Origin: an uncultured Solirubrobacteraceae bacterium
Lineage (GTDB): Bacteria; Actinomycetota; Thermoleophilia; Solirubrobacterales; Solirubrobacteraceae
DNA length: 64,000 bases
Assembly (NCBI GenBank): GCA_964588985.1
Contig: CAZPQW010000003.1
Span: 121,393-185,392 of the forward strand
Direction: 5' to 3'
Part shown: piece by piece, positions 46,633 through 57,563 of the stretch
Layout of the letters: every line of letters starts with the position of its first letter
Numbering within the stretch: the first letter of the stretch is position 1
The notes under the pieces: model-generated
What the model was told of the DNA's origin: nothing
What the model saw: only the letters and a program-made list of their open reading frames with translations
Database searches by the model: none
Translations under genes and position numbers: made by a program

Positions 46633-48939
46633 TCAGTCGCGGCCGTGGCGTGGGCGGCCGGAGCCGCGCTCGCCACCGCGGTCACGGCGCGGGCCGCGGT
46701 CAGAGCGACCGTTGCTCGATCCGTCACGCGGGGGCCGTCCCCCGCCGCCGCCTCCGCCGGTGCCCACTCCCGCGAGCTCCTCGACGGTCTTGCCGGCGAT
46801 GTCGGGGTCGTGTGCGAGGCGCAGGCCGATGCGTCCGCGCTCACGGTCGACCTCGACCACGCGCACTTTCACCTCGTCGCCCTTGTTGAGCACGTCCTCG
46901 ACGGTCTCAACGCGCTCGCCGGGCGAGACGTTGGAGATGTGCAACAGGCCGTCGGTGCCCTTCGCGAGCTCGATGAACGCGCCGAACGTGGTCGTCTTGA
47001 CGACCTTGCCGTCGTATTCGTCGCCGACCTCGACCTCCTTCATCATCATCCGGATCCGCTCAACGAGCGCGTCGCCGAGCTCGCCGTTGGCGGAGTAGAT
47101 CAGCACCTGGCCGTCGTCGTTGACGTCGATCTGCGATTCGAACTCATCGGCGAGCCCGCGGATCGTTTCGCCGCCCTTGCCGATCAGCAGGCCGATCTGC
47201 GACGGGTCGATCTGGATCGTCTGGATGCGCGGCGCGAACTGCGAGAGCTGCTCGCGCGGCGTCTTGATGATCTCGGCCATCTTGCCGAGGATGAACGTGC
47301 GGGCCTCTTTGGCCTGCGCGAGCGCGTCGCGCAGGATGTCGAACGTGACGCCCGTGATCTTGATGTCCATCTGCAGGGCCGTGATGCCCCGCTCGGTGCC
47401 GGCGACCTTGAAGTCCATGTCGCCGAGGTGGTCCTCGACGCCGGCGATGTCGGTCAGGACGATGTAGTCATCGCCCTCCTTGATCAGACCCATCGCAATA
47501 CCCGCGACCGGACGCTTGATCGGCACGCCCGCGTCCATCAACGACAGCGAGGAGCCACACACCGAGGCCATCGAGGAGGAGCCGTTGGACTCGAGGATGT
47601 CCGAGACCACCCGGATCGAGTACGGGAAGTCCTCGATCGAGGGCACCATCGGCGCGAGCGCCCGCTCGGCGAGCGCGCCATGGCCGATGTCGCGGCGCTT
47701 GACGCCACCCATGCGACCGGCCTCCCCGACCGAGAACGGCGGGAAGTTGTAGTGGTGCCAGTAGTACTTTTTGGTCTCCAGGCCCAGCGTGTCGAGGCGC
47801 ATCTCCTCCTTCAGAGTGCCCATAGCGACGACGCTCAACGCCTGCGTCTGCCCACGCGTGAACAGCGCCGAGCCGTGCGTGCGCGGCGTGACGCCGACCT
47901 CGATCGTGATGTCGCGGATCTCCGACTCGCCACGACCGTCCGGGCGCTTCTTGTGGACGGCGATGCGCTCGCGGATGATCGACTTCTCGAGCTTGTCGAA
48001 CGCCATCTGCACCGCGGCGCGCTTCTCCTTGGCGGCCAGCAGTTCGTGCTCGGAAGCACCCTCGGGCGCCGCCGGAGCGTGGTGCTCGAGGATCGCCGCC
48101 TCGGCCTCCCTGGTCGCGTCCTGGCGCTCGAGCTTGTCCTCGACCTGCGTCGCCGCGTCGAGCTGTGAGCCGTGCGAGGCACGGATCGCGTCGAGCACGT
48201 CCTGGTCGACCTTGATCGCCTCGAAGACTTTCTTCTCCTTGCCGACTTTGGCCGCGAGGTCGCGCTGCAGCTCACACAGCTTCTTGATCGCCGAGTGGGC
48301 GATGTCGAGCGCGTCGAGGATCTCCGCCTCGGGGATCTCGTTCGCGCCCGCCTCGACCATCAGGATCGCCTCCTCGGTGCCGGCGACGATCAGGTCGAGT
48401 TCAGATCGACCCTCGGCGCCGTCGGTGAGCAGCGACTCCTCCTCGGGGTTGACGACGAAGTTGCCGTCGATCTTGCCGATTCGCACAGCGCCGACCGGGG
48501 TCGGCAGCGGGATGTCGGAGATCATCAGCGCGGCGGACGCACCGTTCATCGCGAGGATGTCGTAGGGGTGGACGTGGTCGATCGACAGCGGGATCGCCAC
48601 GAGCTGCGTGTCGTAGCGCCATTCCTTCGGGAACAGCGGACGGATCGGACGGTCGATCATGCGCGCGGTGAGCGTGCCCTTCTCGCCGGGGCGACCCTCG
48701 CGCTTGAAGAACGAGCCGGGGATTTTCCCGGAGGCATACATGCGCTCCTCGACGTCCACCGTCAGCGGGAGGAAGTCCACGTCGCGCAGGGAGCCTGCGA
48801 CGGCGGTCGCAAGGACCATCGTGTCGCCCTGGCGGACGACTACTGCGCCGGAGGCCTGCTTGGCCATCCTGCCGGTCTCGAACGAGATCTCGCTACCTGC
48901 GATCTCCACGGAAACCCGCGTAACAGCATCACTACTCAT
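46633..48939 (-). CDS. pnp: polyribonucleotide nucleotidyltransferase
   Basis: ETGRMAKQA, DFLPLTV, RPDGR, HGSALFTRGQTQ, SNGSSSMAS, GDMDFKVAG, KH and S1 domains. Confidence 0.98.
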   Translation of the reverse strand: MSSDAVTRVSVEIAGSEISFETGRMAKQASGAVVVRQGDTMVLATAVAGSLRDVDFLPLTVDVEERMYASGKIPGSFFKREGRPGEKGTLTARMIDRPIRPLFPKEWRYDTQLVAIPLSIDHVHPYDILAMNGASAALMISDIPLPTPVGAVRIGKIDGNFVVNPEEESLLTDGAEGRSELDLIVAGTEEAILMVEAGANEIPEAEILDALDIAHSAIKKLCELQRDLAAKVGKEKKVFEAIKVDQDVLDAIRASHGSQLDAATQVEDKLERQDATREAEAAILEHHAPAAPEGASEHELLAAKEKRAAVQMAFDKLEKSIIRERIAVHKKRPDGRGESEIRDITIEVGVTPRTHGSALFTRGQTQALSVVAMGTLKEEMRLDTLGLETKKYYWHHYNFPPFSVGEAGRMGGVKRRDIGHGALAERALAPMVPSIEDFPYSIRVVSDILESNGSSSMASVCGSSLSLMDAGVPIKRPVAGIAMGLIKEGDDYIVLTDIAGVEDHLGDMDFKVAGTERGITALQMDIKITGVTFDILRDALAQAKEARTFILGKMAEIIKTPREQLSQFAPRIQTIQIDPSQIGLLIGKGGETIRGLADEFESQIDVNDDGQVLIYSANGELGDALVERIRMMMKEVEVGDEYDGKVVKTTTFGAFIELAKGTDGLLHISNVSPGERVETVEDVLNKGDEVKVRVVEVDRERGRIGLRLAHDPDIAGKTVEELAGVGTGGGGGGGRPPRDGSSNGRSDRGPRRDRGGERGSGRPRHGRD

Positions 48940-49013
48940 ATTCACTGCCTTCCTGTTCCGCCCGTCGGTCGGCGGTCCGTTTCTCTTTTTCTCTTGTTCC
49001 GAACGGAAGGAGC

Positions 49014-49478
49014 TTAGCGGAGCGCGACAGCCATACCCTCGCGCAGCAGGTCCGGGCTCGGCAGATCGCCCGGCGAATCGGCCTGGTAGCTCCAGCGCAC
49101 CACCCCGTCGGGGCCTGTGATCACGAGCGCGCGCTCGGCAAAGCCTCCGGGATGCAGAACGCCGAACACGGCGCAAGCGGCGCCCTTGGGCTCGAAGTCC
49201 GAGAGCTGCTCGCTCGTGACGCCGAGCTTGTCCTTGAAGGCGCCCTGCGCCCATGTCGAGTCGCAGGAGACGCCGTACAGCACTCCCCCCTGCTCGCCCA
49301 GCTCACCGAGCAGAGGCTCGTAGAGCTGCAGCTGGTCGGTGCACACCGGGCTGAACGCGAACGGGTAGAACACGAGCACGGTCGTTCGGCCCTGCAGGTC
49401 CTGCTCGGTGAAGCTCTCGCCGTCCGCGCGGGCGAGCTTGAAGCTCGGCGCGGGTGTACCGGCGGGAAGAACAGCCAC
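49014..49478 (-). CDS. AhpC/TSA (AhpE-like) peroxiredoxin
   Basis: FYPFAFSPVC peroxidatic motif, GVSCDS, LSDF.PKG, ERAL. Confidence 0.85.
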   Translation of the reverse strand: MAVLPAGTPAPSFKLARADGESFTEQDLQGRTTVLVFYPFAFSPVCTDQLQLYEPLLGELGEQGGVLYGVSCDSTWAQGAFKDKLGVTSEQLSDFEPKGAACAVFGVLHPGGFAERALVITGPDGVVRWSYQADSPGDLPSPDLLREGMAVALR

Positions 49479-49480
49479 TG

Positions 49481-49753
49481 CTACTTACGCAGGCCGAGCT
49501 CTTTGATCAAAGCCCTGTAGCCCTCGAGGTCGCGCTTGGCGAGGTAGTCGAGGAAGCGACGACGTTTACCGACGAGCATCAACAGGCCACGACGTGAGTG
49601 GTGGTCTTTGCTCTGCGTGCGCAGGTGGTCGGTCAGGTGGTTGATGCGCTCTGTCAGCAGCGCGATCTGGACCTTGGTGGAGCCCATGTCCTTCTCGTTG
49701 GCTCCGAACTTGGTTGCGATCTCGCGCTTGCGCTCGCTTGTGAGGGCTGGCAT
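49481..49753 (-). CDS. rpsO: 30S ribosomal protein S15
   Basis: [38 protein letters not shown]. Confidence 0.98.
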   Translation of the reverse strand: MPALTSERKREIATKFGANEKDMGSTKVQIALLTERINHLTDHLRTQSKDHHSRRGLLMLVGKRRRFLDYLAKRDLEGYRALIKELGLRK

Positions 49754-49784
49754 AGCCGGGCACGGTAGCAGACGCCAGGCGGCG

Positions 49785-50660
49785 TCAATGGGCTGCCGCG
49801 ATCTCCCGTGTGCGCGAAACGTCCGTGTGCATCTGCTCGATCAGCGACTCCGGATCCTGAAAGCGCCGCTCCCCGCGCAGCCGCTCGAGGAACTCCAGGC
49901 GCAGCTCGCTGCCGTACAGATCCCCTTCGAAATCGAGCAGGTAAGCCTCGATCAGCTCCCCCCTGCCGGTCTTGAACGTCGGGCGCACGCCGATCGACAC
50001 GGCGGCCGGCTGACCATTGGCGAGGCACGCGTAGACGCCATGACCGGGGCACGCGAGCGCGTCGTTCGGGATCAGGTTCGCGGTCGGGAAACCGAGCTCT
50101 CGGCCGCGCTTGTCGCCGTGTACGACCTCGCCCGAGAGCTGGAAGGTCGAGCCGAGCAGCCGATTGGCCTCGGACACCTCGCCGGCGAGCACGAGGCCAC
50201 GGATGTGGCTCGAGGAGACGATCTCGCCGTCGACCTCCAGCAGCGGGTGCACGATCGTGGCAAACCGCGCATCCGCGAGCAGCAGACCCGGGTCGCCCTG
50301 GGCCTTGTGGCCGAAGCGGAAGTTCTCGCCGATCGCGACCTCGGTCGCTCCGAGCGCGCCGACGAGCACGTCCTCGACGAACTCCGTCGCCGAGCGCGCC
50401 GCGAACTCCGCGTCGAACGGGATCACGATCAGCTCCTGCACGCCGAGTGAGGCGACCAGCTCGGCCTTGCGCTCGAGCGTGGTGAGCAGCTTGGGCGTGT
50501 GCTGGGGCGCGACCACCGACACCGGGTGGGGGTCGAACGTGAGCACGCTGTCCGCGCCGCCGATCACCTCGCGGTGGCCGAGGTGCACGCCGTCGAAGGT
50601 GCCGACCGCGACGCTGCGTTTGAGTGCGCGCTCCACGTTGGGCAGCGATGTGACCTTCAC
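49785..50660 (-). CDS. ribF: bifunctional riboflavin kinase/FAD synthetase
   Basis: [46 protein letters not shown]. Confidence 0.96.
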   Translation of the reverse strand: MKVTSLPNVERALKRSVAVGTFDGVHLGHREVIGGADSVLTFDPHPVSVVAPQHTPKLLTTLERKAELVASLGVQELIVIPFDAEFAARSATEFVEDVLVGALGATEVAIGENFRFGHKAQGDPGLLLADARFATIVHPLLEVDGEIVSSSHIRGLVLAGEVSEANRLLGSTFQLSGEVVHGDKRGRELGFPTANLIPNDALACPGHGVYACLANGQPAAVSIGVRPTFKTGRGELIEAYLLDFEGDLYGSELRLEFLERLRGERRFQDPESLIEQMHTDVSRTREIAAAH

Positions 50661-50671
50661 GGACGCAAAGC

Positions 50672-51376
50672 CTAGTCCGAGCGGCCGGCGGCGGCGTGCA
50701 GCCTCGCCAGCTCGAGCGCCCAGTCGAGCTCGATCAGCGGCGGATCCTGCCACGGCTGCCCCCGCGGGGGAGGCGGAGACGCGTCGGCGACGTTGAACGG
50801 CCCGATCGCCGTACGCCTCAGCTCGAGGCAGTAGGCGTCGCCCAGGTCGGCGATCAGCGAGCGCACGTACGTGCCCGATCCGCATTCGATCGCGAATTCC
50901 GCGCGCGGCGGATGCTCCGGCCCGTCTCCGGGCTCGCGCCACAGCTGCTCGAAGCTGTGGACGGTCACGATCCGCTCCGGCATCTCGAACTCCTCGCCGC
51001 GCCGTGCGCGCTTGTAGGCGCGCTCTCCGCCGATCTTCACCGCGGAGTGCGCCGGTGGGCGCTGGCGCACCTCCCCTGTGGGCAGCTGCGGCGGATCGGG
51101 CGGGATGCGCCCGGTCTCGGTTATCTCGCCCTCGGTGTCGCCGGTGCTCGACAGCGCGCCCAGCCGCGCGACGGTCTCATAGCGCTTCGGCAGCTGCATG
51201 AGGGCGCTCTGCGATTTGGTGGCGCGTCCGACGAGCACCAGCAGCAGACCGGTGGCGAACGGGTCGAGCGTGCCCGCGTGGCCGGTCTTGGCGCCCGCGA
51301 GCGAACGTCGCACGGCCGCGACCACGTCGTGCGAGGTCATCCCGGCGGGCTTGTCGATCAGCAGCACTCCGTCCAT
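50672..51376 (-). CDS. truB: tRNA pseudouridine(55) synthase (short, no PUA domain)
   Basis: DKPAGMTSHDVV, GHAGTLDPFATGLL, SAVKIGG, GTYVRSL, LRRT. Confidence 0.96.
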   Translation of the reverse strand: MDGVLLIDKPAGMTSHDVVAAVRRSLAGAKTGHAGTLDPFATGLLLVLVGRATKSQSALMQLPKRYETVARLGALSSTGDTEGEITETGRIPPDPPQLPTGEVRQRPPAHSAVKIGGERAYKRARRGEEFEMPERIVTVHSFEQLWREPGDGPEHPPRAEFAIECGSGTYVRSLIADLGDAYCLELRRTAIGPFNVADASPPPPRGQPWQDPPLIELDWALELARLHAAAGRSD

Positions 51377-51415
51377 CTGGCTCGCCCCCGATCAGACGGG
51401 CGGGTGCAGCAACAC

Positions 51416-52462
51416 TCAGGCGACCGTGACGGTCGCGTGCCCGTTGTTGGCGGGGTGCAGCTGCGCGGCGATCTGCTCGCGCAGGAAGACGACCAGCTCC
51501 TGCGGGTCGAGCGTGGTCGAGAAGCCCGCCGCGCGGCGGTGTCCCCCGCCTCCCTGCGCACGCGCCACAATCGACACATCGACGTCGTCGTCGGTCGCGC
51601 GCAGCGAGACTTTGTGCTGCCCCTTGCGCTCGCCGCTGGAGATCTCGCGCACGAGCACCGCGACCTTCGTGCCCTGCAACGCGCGCAGCTGGTCGATGAT
51701 CCCCTCGGAGTGACTCTCCTCGGCTTCGGCGCGGTCGAAGTCCTGCGCGCTGAGCGCCACTAGCGTGATCTCGCCGGAGTCGTAGCGCTGGAACTGCCCG
51801 AGCGCGATCGCCATCAGCGCGAGCTTGCCCTGCGGCATGTCCTCGTAGAGGCGGCGGTTGATCACGGGCACGTCGACGCCCGCTTCGAGCAGCTCGGCGG
51901 CCATCAGGTGCGCGCGCGGGCCGGTGTTCTCGTACATGAAGCGCCCGGTGTCGGTGATCAGCCCGATGTAAAGCGCCTCGGCGACGGTGCGCGTGGGGCG
52001 CACGTCGAGCCCGCGCATCAGGTCCCACACGATCTCCGCGGTGCACGACGCGTCGGCGACGACGTGGTTGAGCGTGCCGAAGCGGGTGTTGTCGTGGTGG
52101 TGGTCGATGTTCAGCAGCTGCGCACCGTCGCGCAGCACGCTCGCGGAGTTGCGGTCGATGTTGCCGCAGTCGAGGAACACCACGGTGCGCTCGGCGATGT
52201 CCGCCGGCGCCTGCTGGATGAGGCCGTCGAGCGAGAACAGGCTGTACTCGTCCGGCAGGGGAAGGTCGGACGGCGAGATGAACATCGAGGTGTCCTTGCC
52301 GAGCGCGGTCAACAGGCCCTGCATCGCGACGAGCGAGCCGAGCGCGTCGCCGTCGGGGTTCTCGTGCGTTGCGAGCACGAACCGCTCGTCCTCGCGGATC
52401 CGTGCGAGCACGAGCTCGCGCGTCTGGGCGACGTCCGTGACGTCGGCGGTGGCGTTGCTCAT
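51416..52462 (-). CDS. nrnA: DHH-family bifunctional oligoribonuclease/pAp phosphatase
   Basis: HENPDGDA, NIDHH, TDTGRF, GGGGH..AAG. Confidence 0.92.
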   Translation of the reverse strand: MSNATADVTDVAQTRELVLARIREDERFVLATHENPDGDALGSLVAMQGLLTALGKDTSMFISPSDLPLPDEYSLFSLDGLIQQAPADIAERTVVFLDCGNIDRNSASVLRDGAQLLNIDHHHDNTRFGTLNHVVADASCTAEIVWDLMRGLDVRPTRTVAEALYIGLITDTGRFMYENTGPRAHLMAAELLEAGVDVPVINRRLYEDMPQGKLALMAIALGQFQRYDSGEITLVALSAQDFDRAEAEESHSEGIIDQLRALQGTKVAVLVREISSGERKGQHKVSLRATDDDVDVSIVARAQGGGGHRRAAGFSTTLDPQELVVFLREQIAAQLHPANNGHATVTVA

Positions 52463-52839
52463 GGCAGCTCGATCTCCTCGCCCTCTGCGGGCTCCGCGAG
52501 CAGCTCCTCGACTCGTAGCGCTCGGTCCGTTGTCTCGTCGTAGATGAAGTCGAGCGTGGGCGTGCGCTTGAGGCGCAGCTCGCCCGCGATGCGGCCCTGC
52601 AGAAAGCCGTGAGCGCTGCGCAGGCCGTCAAGAGTCAGCTCGCGCTCATCCGCGTCGGACTCCCCTCCGCCCGCGCCGAGAACGCTCACGTACACGCGAG
52701 CGTGGCGTAGGTCTGCGCTGGTTCTCACGTCGGTAACGGTCACGAATCCCACTCTCGGGTCCTTCAGGTCTCCTGCCACCGCATCACCGATCACCTGACG
52801 AATCGCCTCGTCAACCCGACGCATGCGTCCAGTGGTCAT
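52459..52839 (-). CDS. rbfA: ribosome-binding factor A
   Basis: LKDPRVGFVTVT, DLRHARVYVS, LKRTPTLDFIYD. Confidence 0.96.
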   Translation of the reverse strand: MTTGRMRRVDEAIRQVIGDAVAGDLKDPRVGFVTVTDVRTSADLRHARVYVSVLGAGGGESDADERELTLDGLRSAHGFLQGRIAGELRLKRTPTLDFIYDETTDRALRVEELLAEPAEGEEIELP

Positions 52840-52915
52840 CCTACCCCTCCAATTCCCTGCCGCGTTCTCGGTCCCTGCACGTTTGAGACGCGAGCAGCGC
52901 GCCGATCATCGCGAC

Positions 52916-55288
52916 TCAGACGCTTAGCTCGCGCTCCACCTGGCGTGTCTCGTAGCTCTCGAGCACGTCGCCCTCGCGCAGATCCTGGAAGTTCGTGAGC
53001 ACGATCCCGCACTCGAAGCCGGCCGCGACCTCGCGCGCGTCGTCGTTGAAGCGTCTGAGGCTGTCGATCGTGGTGTCGAAGATGACCGTCCCCTCGCGCA
53101 CCACGCGCACCCGCGCGCCCCGCGTGACCTTGCCCTCGGTGATGAACGAGCCGGCGATCGTGCCGATCTTCGAGGCTTTGAACAGCTGGCGAACCTCGGC
53201 CTGTCCGAGCGGGGTCTCGACCTCGGCGGGCTCGAGCATGCCCTGCATCGCCGCGCGCAGCTCTTCGATGGCGCGGTAGATGACTGCGTAGGAGCGGATC
53301 TCGACGCCCTCGCGGTCGGCGATCTGACGCGCGTCACCGACCGGGCGGACGTTGAACGCGAGGATCACGCCCTCCGAGGCGGACGCGAGCATCACGTCGG
53401 ACTCGTTGATTCCACCGACGCCGCGGTGGATGATGTTGACCTTGACCTCCTGCTGCGGGAGCTTCGCGATCTCGTCCTCGATCGCCTCGAGCGACCCCGC
53501 GACATCGGCCTTGACGACCAGGCCGAGCTCCTTGACGGTGCCCTCCTGGGCGAGCTTGAACACGTCCTCGAGGGAGACCTTGCGGCCGGAGCGGCGCGCG
53601 AGCGCCTCTGTCTTCAGGCGGTTGGCGCGCTCGCCCGCGAGCTGCCGTGCGCGGCGCTCGTTCTCGACCACGCGCACGTGCTCGCCCGCCTCGGGGACGC
53701 CGTCGAAGCCGAGCACCTCGACCGGCTGGCCCGGCAGCGCGCGCTTGAGCTTCTTGCCGATGAAGTCGTGCATCGCGCGCACGCGCCCGAAGTGCGCGCC
53801 CGCGACGAGCGCGTCGCCGACCTTCAGCGTGCCGCGCTGGATCAGGATCGTCACCACGGGGCCGCGGCCCGGGTCGAGCTTGGACTCGATCACCGCGCCG
53901 GAGGCCTCGACGTCGCGGTTGGCCTTCAGCTCCTCGAGGTCGGTGACGAGCTGGATCGTGTCGAGCAGCGAGTCGAGGCCCTCGCGGGTCTTCGCGCTGA
54001 CGTCGACGAACTCGATCTCCCCGCCCCACTCCGCCGGCTGCAGGCCGTGCTGGGTCATCTCGGTGCGCACGCGCTCGGGCTGCGCGCCCTCCTTGTCGAT
54101 CTTGTTGACCGCCACGATGATCGGCACTTCGGCCGCCTTCGCGTGGTCGATCGCCTCCTCGGTCTGCGGCTTGACGCCGTCGTCCGCCGCCACCACGATC
54201 ACCGCGAGGTCGGTCACTTTCGCGCCGCGCGCACGCATCGCGGTGAACGCCTCGTGGCCTGGCGTGTCGAGGAAGGTGATCTCCTTGCCGGCGTGGTGGA
54301 CCTGGTAGGCGCCGATGTGCTGGGTGATCCCACCGGCCTCGCCAGCGACCACCTCGGTCTCGCGGATCGCGTCCAGTAGCGAGGTCTTGCCGTGGTCGAC
54401 ATGGCCCATGATCGTGACCACGGGGGGACGTTCGATCATGTCCTCGTCGGCGTCCTCGAATTCAGGCTCGACCTCGACGTCATCGGCGGCGTGGACAATC
54501 TCGATCTGCTTTTCGAACTCATCCGCCAGCACCTGGATCGCGTCGTCGGAGAGCGTCTGGGTGAGCGTCGCCATCTCGCCGAGCGACATCAGCTTCTTGA
54601 TGATCTCCGGGACCGCCACGCCGAGGTACTCGGCGACGTCCTTGACCGTCGAGCCGGAGTTGACCCGGATCAGGTCGGTGGCCTCCATCGCGGTGTTGTC
54701 GATCGGGGCGATCGTCTCGTCGTAGGTGCCGCGACGGCGCCGTCCGCGGCGGGGACGGCGCTGGGGCTGGTTGGACGGTCCGCCCTGCTGGCGGCGCGAG
54801 GCCTGGGAGTCGATCACGACGCGCCTGCGACCACCCGGGCCGATGTCGCCCGGCGTGCGCTCGCCGGTGCGCGAGTCGCGAGTGGGTCGCACGCGCTCGC
54901 CCGAGGCGGTCATGCCGTCGACCGGTGGCGCGGTGGGCGCGGCCGGCGGGGTGGCGGGACCGGCGGCGCTCGCCTGCGGTGCGGGTGTCGCAACAGGTGC
55001 GCTCGCCGGGGCCTTGGCCTCGACCGGCGCGGGCGTGTTCGCCGCGGGCGGTGTCGGCACGGCCGCCTTGGCGGGGGCAGGAGGAACGGCGACCGCTGCC
55101 GGGGGTTTGCCGTTGGAGCTGCCCGCGGTCGCGGGAGCGCCGACGCCCAGTGCCTTCAGCGCGGCGGACTCGTCGACTGAGGACGCGGCCGCCTTGGCCT
55201 CCACGCCGGCGGCCTGGAGCTTCTCGAGCAGCTCCTTGCTGGAGAGCCCGTGCTCTTTGGCGATCTCGTGTACGCGCTTCTTACTCAT
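52916..55288 (-). CDS. infB: translation initiation factor IF-2
   Basis: [34 protein letters not shown]. Confidence 0.98.
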   Translation of the reverse strand: MSKKRVHEIAKEHGLSSKELLEKLQAAGVEAKAAASSVDESAALKALGVGAPATAGSSNGKPPAAVAVPPAPAKAAVPTPPAANTPAPVEAKAPASAPVATPAPQASAAGPATPPAAPTAPPVDGMTASGERVRPTRDSRTGERTPGDIGPGGRRRVVIDSQASRRQQGGPSNQPQRRPRRGRRRRGTYDETIAPIDNTAMEATDLIRVNSGSTVKDVAEYLGVAVPEIIKKLMSLGEMATLTQTLSDDAIQVLADEFEKQIEIVHAADDVEVEPEFEDADEDMIERPPVVTIMGHVDHGKTSLLDAIRETEVVAGEAGGITQHIGAYQVHHAGKEITFLDTPGHEAFTAMRARGAKVTDLAVIVVAADDGVKPQTEEAIDHAKAAEVPIIVAVNKIDKEGAQPERVRTEMTQHGLQPAEWGGEIEFVDVSAKTREGLDSLLDTIQLVTDLEELKANRDVEASGAVIESKLDPGRGPVVTILIQRGTLKVGDALVAGAHFGRVRAMHDFIGKKLKRALPGQPVEVLGFDGVPEAGEHVRVVENERRARQLAGERANRLKTEALARRSGRKVSLEDVFKLAQEGTVKELGLVVKADVAGSLEAIEDEIAKLPQQEVKVNIIHRGVGGINESDVMLASASEGVILAFNVRPVGDARQIADREGVEIRSYAVIYRAIEELRAAMQGMLEPAEVETPLGQAEVRQLFKASKIGTIAGSFITEGKVTRGARVRVVREGTVIFDTTIDSLRRFNDDAREVAAGFECGIVLTNFQDLREGDVLESYETRQVERELSV

Positions 55289-55563
55289 CAGCTCACCAAT
55301 TCTACGAGCTTGGGGTCGAGCATTACAGCCGAGCGCAGCGCACGCGCGATTCCGCCCCGGCGAACAGCTTGCGCCAGACAGTCCTCAGCGGGCGCTTCGG
55401 AGTCGCCCGCACGACAGACGTAGGCGCCGCGACCGGGCATCGAGCCCGCACGGTCCTGAACGGCACGGCGGGGGCCGCCGGCGCCATCGCGCGTGGCGGC
55501 GATGCGCACGAGCTCGAACTTGGGTGCGGTTCGTCCGCAGCCGACGCAGCGTCGGCGGGGCAC
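55288..55563 (-). CDS. ylxR: YlxR/RnpM (DUF448) protein
   Basis: PRRRCVGC, ELVR, GRGAYVC, C; lies between nusA and infB. Confidence 0.88.
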   Translation of the reverse strand: MPRRRCVGCGRTAPKFELVRIAATRDGAGGPRRAVQDRAGSMPGRGAYVCRAGDSEAPAEDCLAQAVRRGGIARALRSAVMLDPKLVELVS

Positions 55564-55571
55564 GTGGGCGG

Positions 55572-56963
55572 CTATGTCGCCTGCTCCTCAGCCGCGGCCT
55601 GGACCGGCTCGGCGGCCTCGGTCTCCTCGACCGCGAGCGCCTCTACGGCTGCGGCCGGCTCCTCGACCGGTGCCGGCGCCGAATCGTCGGCTCCGTTCTC
55701 GGGGGACAGGTCGGCGATGTTGTCGCTGTCGATGCCAGCGAGCGCCTGGTGGGTGTCGAGGCCGCAGTAGCGCGAGTTGGGCAGCGACGCGTTCGGGCAG
55801 CGGCGTCCGTTGGAGAGGATCGCGGCGCAGCGACCCTGCACCTCCTCCTCCTCGTAGCCGTGCTCGGCCTCCTCGGCCGCGAACTCGGTCTCGGAGCGGA
55901 TGTCAACGCGCCAGCCGGTCAGTCGCGCGGCAAGCCGCGCGTTCTGGCCTTCGCGGCCGATCGCCAGCGAGAGCTGGTCGTCGGGCACGATCACGGTCGC
56001 CTGCTTGGCCTCGTCGTCGACGAGCACCTCGCGCACGCGCGCCGGCGAGAGCGCCTTTGCGACGAACCTCGCGGGCTCGTCGTTGAACGGAATGATGTCG
56101 ATCTTCTCGCCGCGCAGCTCCGATACGACCATGCGCACACGCGAGCCGCGTGGGCCGACGCACGCGCCGACCGGGTCGACGCCGTCGGTGTGGGAGATGA
56201 CCGCGATCTTCGAGCGGTAGCCGGGCTCGCGGGCAACGTTGGCGATCTCCACGAGACCGTCGGCGATCTCCGGGACCTCCAGCTCGAACAGCTTCTTGAT
56301 CAGCTCCGGGTCGCGGCGCGAGACGATGATCGCGGGCCCCTTCGTCGACGGGGAGACCTCCTTGATGACGGCCTTGATCCGCTGGGAGTGGTCGTAGCGC
56401 TCGCCCTCCACCTGCTCGGACTTGGGCAGCAGCGCCTCGACGCGTTCGCGCAGCTGCACGAGCGTGTAGCGGGAGTCGGACTGCTGGACGATGCCCGTGA
56501 TCAGCTCGCCCACGCGGTCGCGGTATTCCTCGTACATCATATCGCGCTCCGCCTCGCGGATGCGCTGCAGGATGACCTGCTTGGCGGTCTGTGCGGCGAT
56601 CCTGCCGAAGTCGTCGGGGGTGACGTCGCGCTCGTCGATCTGGTCGCGGTATTCGGCGAACTTCTTCGGGTCGATTTCCGGTTCCTCGGGTTCGCGCATC
56701 TCCCCCGTCTCGGGGTCGATCGTCGTTTCCTCGTCGATCGTCTCGACGATCAGGTGCGCCTCGAGGCGCTCGGGGATGATCAGCTCGATGACCCTGAAGT
56801 CGGCCGTCTCGCGGTCCATCTCGACGCGCGCGTACTTGGCCGAGTCGGGCTGCTTCTTGTAAGCGGACAGGAGCGCGTCCTCGAGCGCGATCATCAGCTT
56901 CTCGGGCTCGATCCCCTTCTCGCGCGCAAGCGCATGCATGGCCTCAAGGATTTCGCGTGACAT
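55572..56963 (-). CDS. nusA: transcription termination factor NusA with extra C-terminal CCCH-type zinc finger
   Basis: FGRIAAQTAKQVI, FELEVPEI, REPGYRSKIAV, GACVG..G.R, AIGREGQNARLAARLTGWRVDI; tail C-x9-C-x10-C-x4-H. Confidence 0.97.
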   Translation of the reverse strand: MSREILEAMHALAREKGIEPEKLMIALEDALLSAYKKQPDSAKYARVEMDRETADFRVIELIIPERLEAHLIVETIDEETTIDPETGEMREPEEPEIDPKKFAEYRDQIDERDVTPDDFGRIAAQTAKQVILQRIREAERDMMYEEYRDRVGELITGIVQQSDSRYTLVQLRERVEALLPKSEQVEGERYDHSQRIKAVIKEVSPSTKGPAIIVSRRDPELIKKLFELEVPEIADGLVEIANVAREPGYRSKIAVISHTDGVDPVGACVGPRGSRVRMVVSELRGEKIDIIPFNDEPARFVAKALSPARVREVLVDDEAKQATVIVPDDQLSLAIGREGQNARLAARLTGWRVDIRSETEFAAEEAEHGYEEEEVQGRCAAILSNGRRCPNASLPNSRYCGLDTHQALAGIDSDNIADLSPENGADDSAPAPVEEPAAAVEALAVEETEAAEPVQAAAEEQAT

Positions 56964-56971
56964 GGGCTCCT

Positions 56972-57430
56972 CTACTCCTCGATCAGGTTCGAACGACGGA
57001 TCTCCGAGTAGGGAATCGCGATGACGCCCCCATCGGCGGCCAACGTGACCTCCTCCTCGGAGGCTCCCACAAGCTCTCCGGTGAAACTCTGAATGGCGCG
57101 GGCGCTGCCGGGACGGCGCTCGTCGGCGCTCTGGTCGACCGGCCGTGGATGACGGGTACGCACGCGGGCGCGGCGGCCGACGAAGCGGCGGAAGTGCGCC
57201 GGCTTGGTCAGCGGGCGCTCGCTGCCGGGCGAGGAGACCTCGAGCGAGTAGCGCTCGCGGAGGTCGTTCAGCAGCACGGTCACGCGCTCGCACATCGCGA
57301 GCGTGACGCCGTCGGGGTGGTCGATGTAGACGCGCAGGCAGCGGCCGCCGAGAACCTCTGCGAGCAGCAGCTCGATCTCGGGCTCGGTCTCGGCCAGACG
57401 GGTCTCGATTTCTGTTTGTAGTGGGGTCAT
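56972..57430 (-). CDS. rimP: ribosome maturation factor RimP
   Basis: LRVYIDHPDGVT, YSLEVSSPG.ERPL; immediately upstream of nusA. Confidence 0.95.
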   Translation of the reverse strand: MTPLQTEIETRLAETEPEIELLLAEVLGGRCLRVYIDHPDGVTLAMCERVTVLLNDLRERYSLEVSSPGSERPLTKPAHFRRFVGRRARVRTRHPRPVDQSADERRPGSARAIQSFTGELVGASEEEVTLAADGGVIAIPYSEIRRSNLIEE

Positions 57431-57447
57431 CAACTCACTCCTTACGC

Positions 57448-57474
57448 AAAAAAAGCGGGCTGGCGCCCACTCTC
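57448..57474 (-). promoter_or_regulatory. rimP leader hairpin with U-tract
   Basis: Minus strand GAGAGTGGGCGCCAGCCCGCTTTTTTT just before the RBS; the form typical of the conserved rimP-nusA leader. Confidence 0.65.
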
Positions 57475-57563
57475 GGTACTGCTGCCGACACCTGCGTGTC
57501 GGCACGAAAGCTCTGGATCGAGCATAGCATTGGCTTCACAGCCGCATAGCCTGCTCGACCGCC

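Noticed and set aside
54890-55150. Pro/Ala-rich repeats in infB
   Set aside because: Ordinary low-complexity linker of actinobacterial IF-2.
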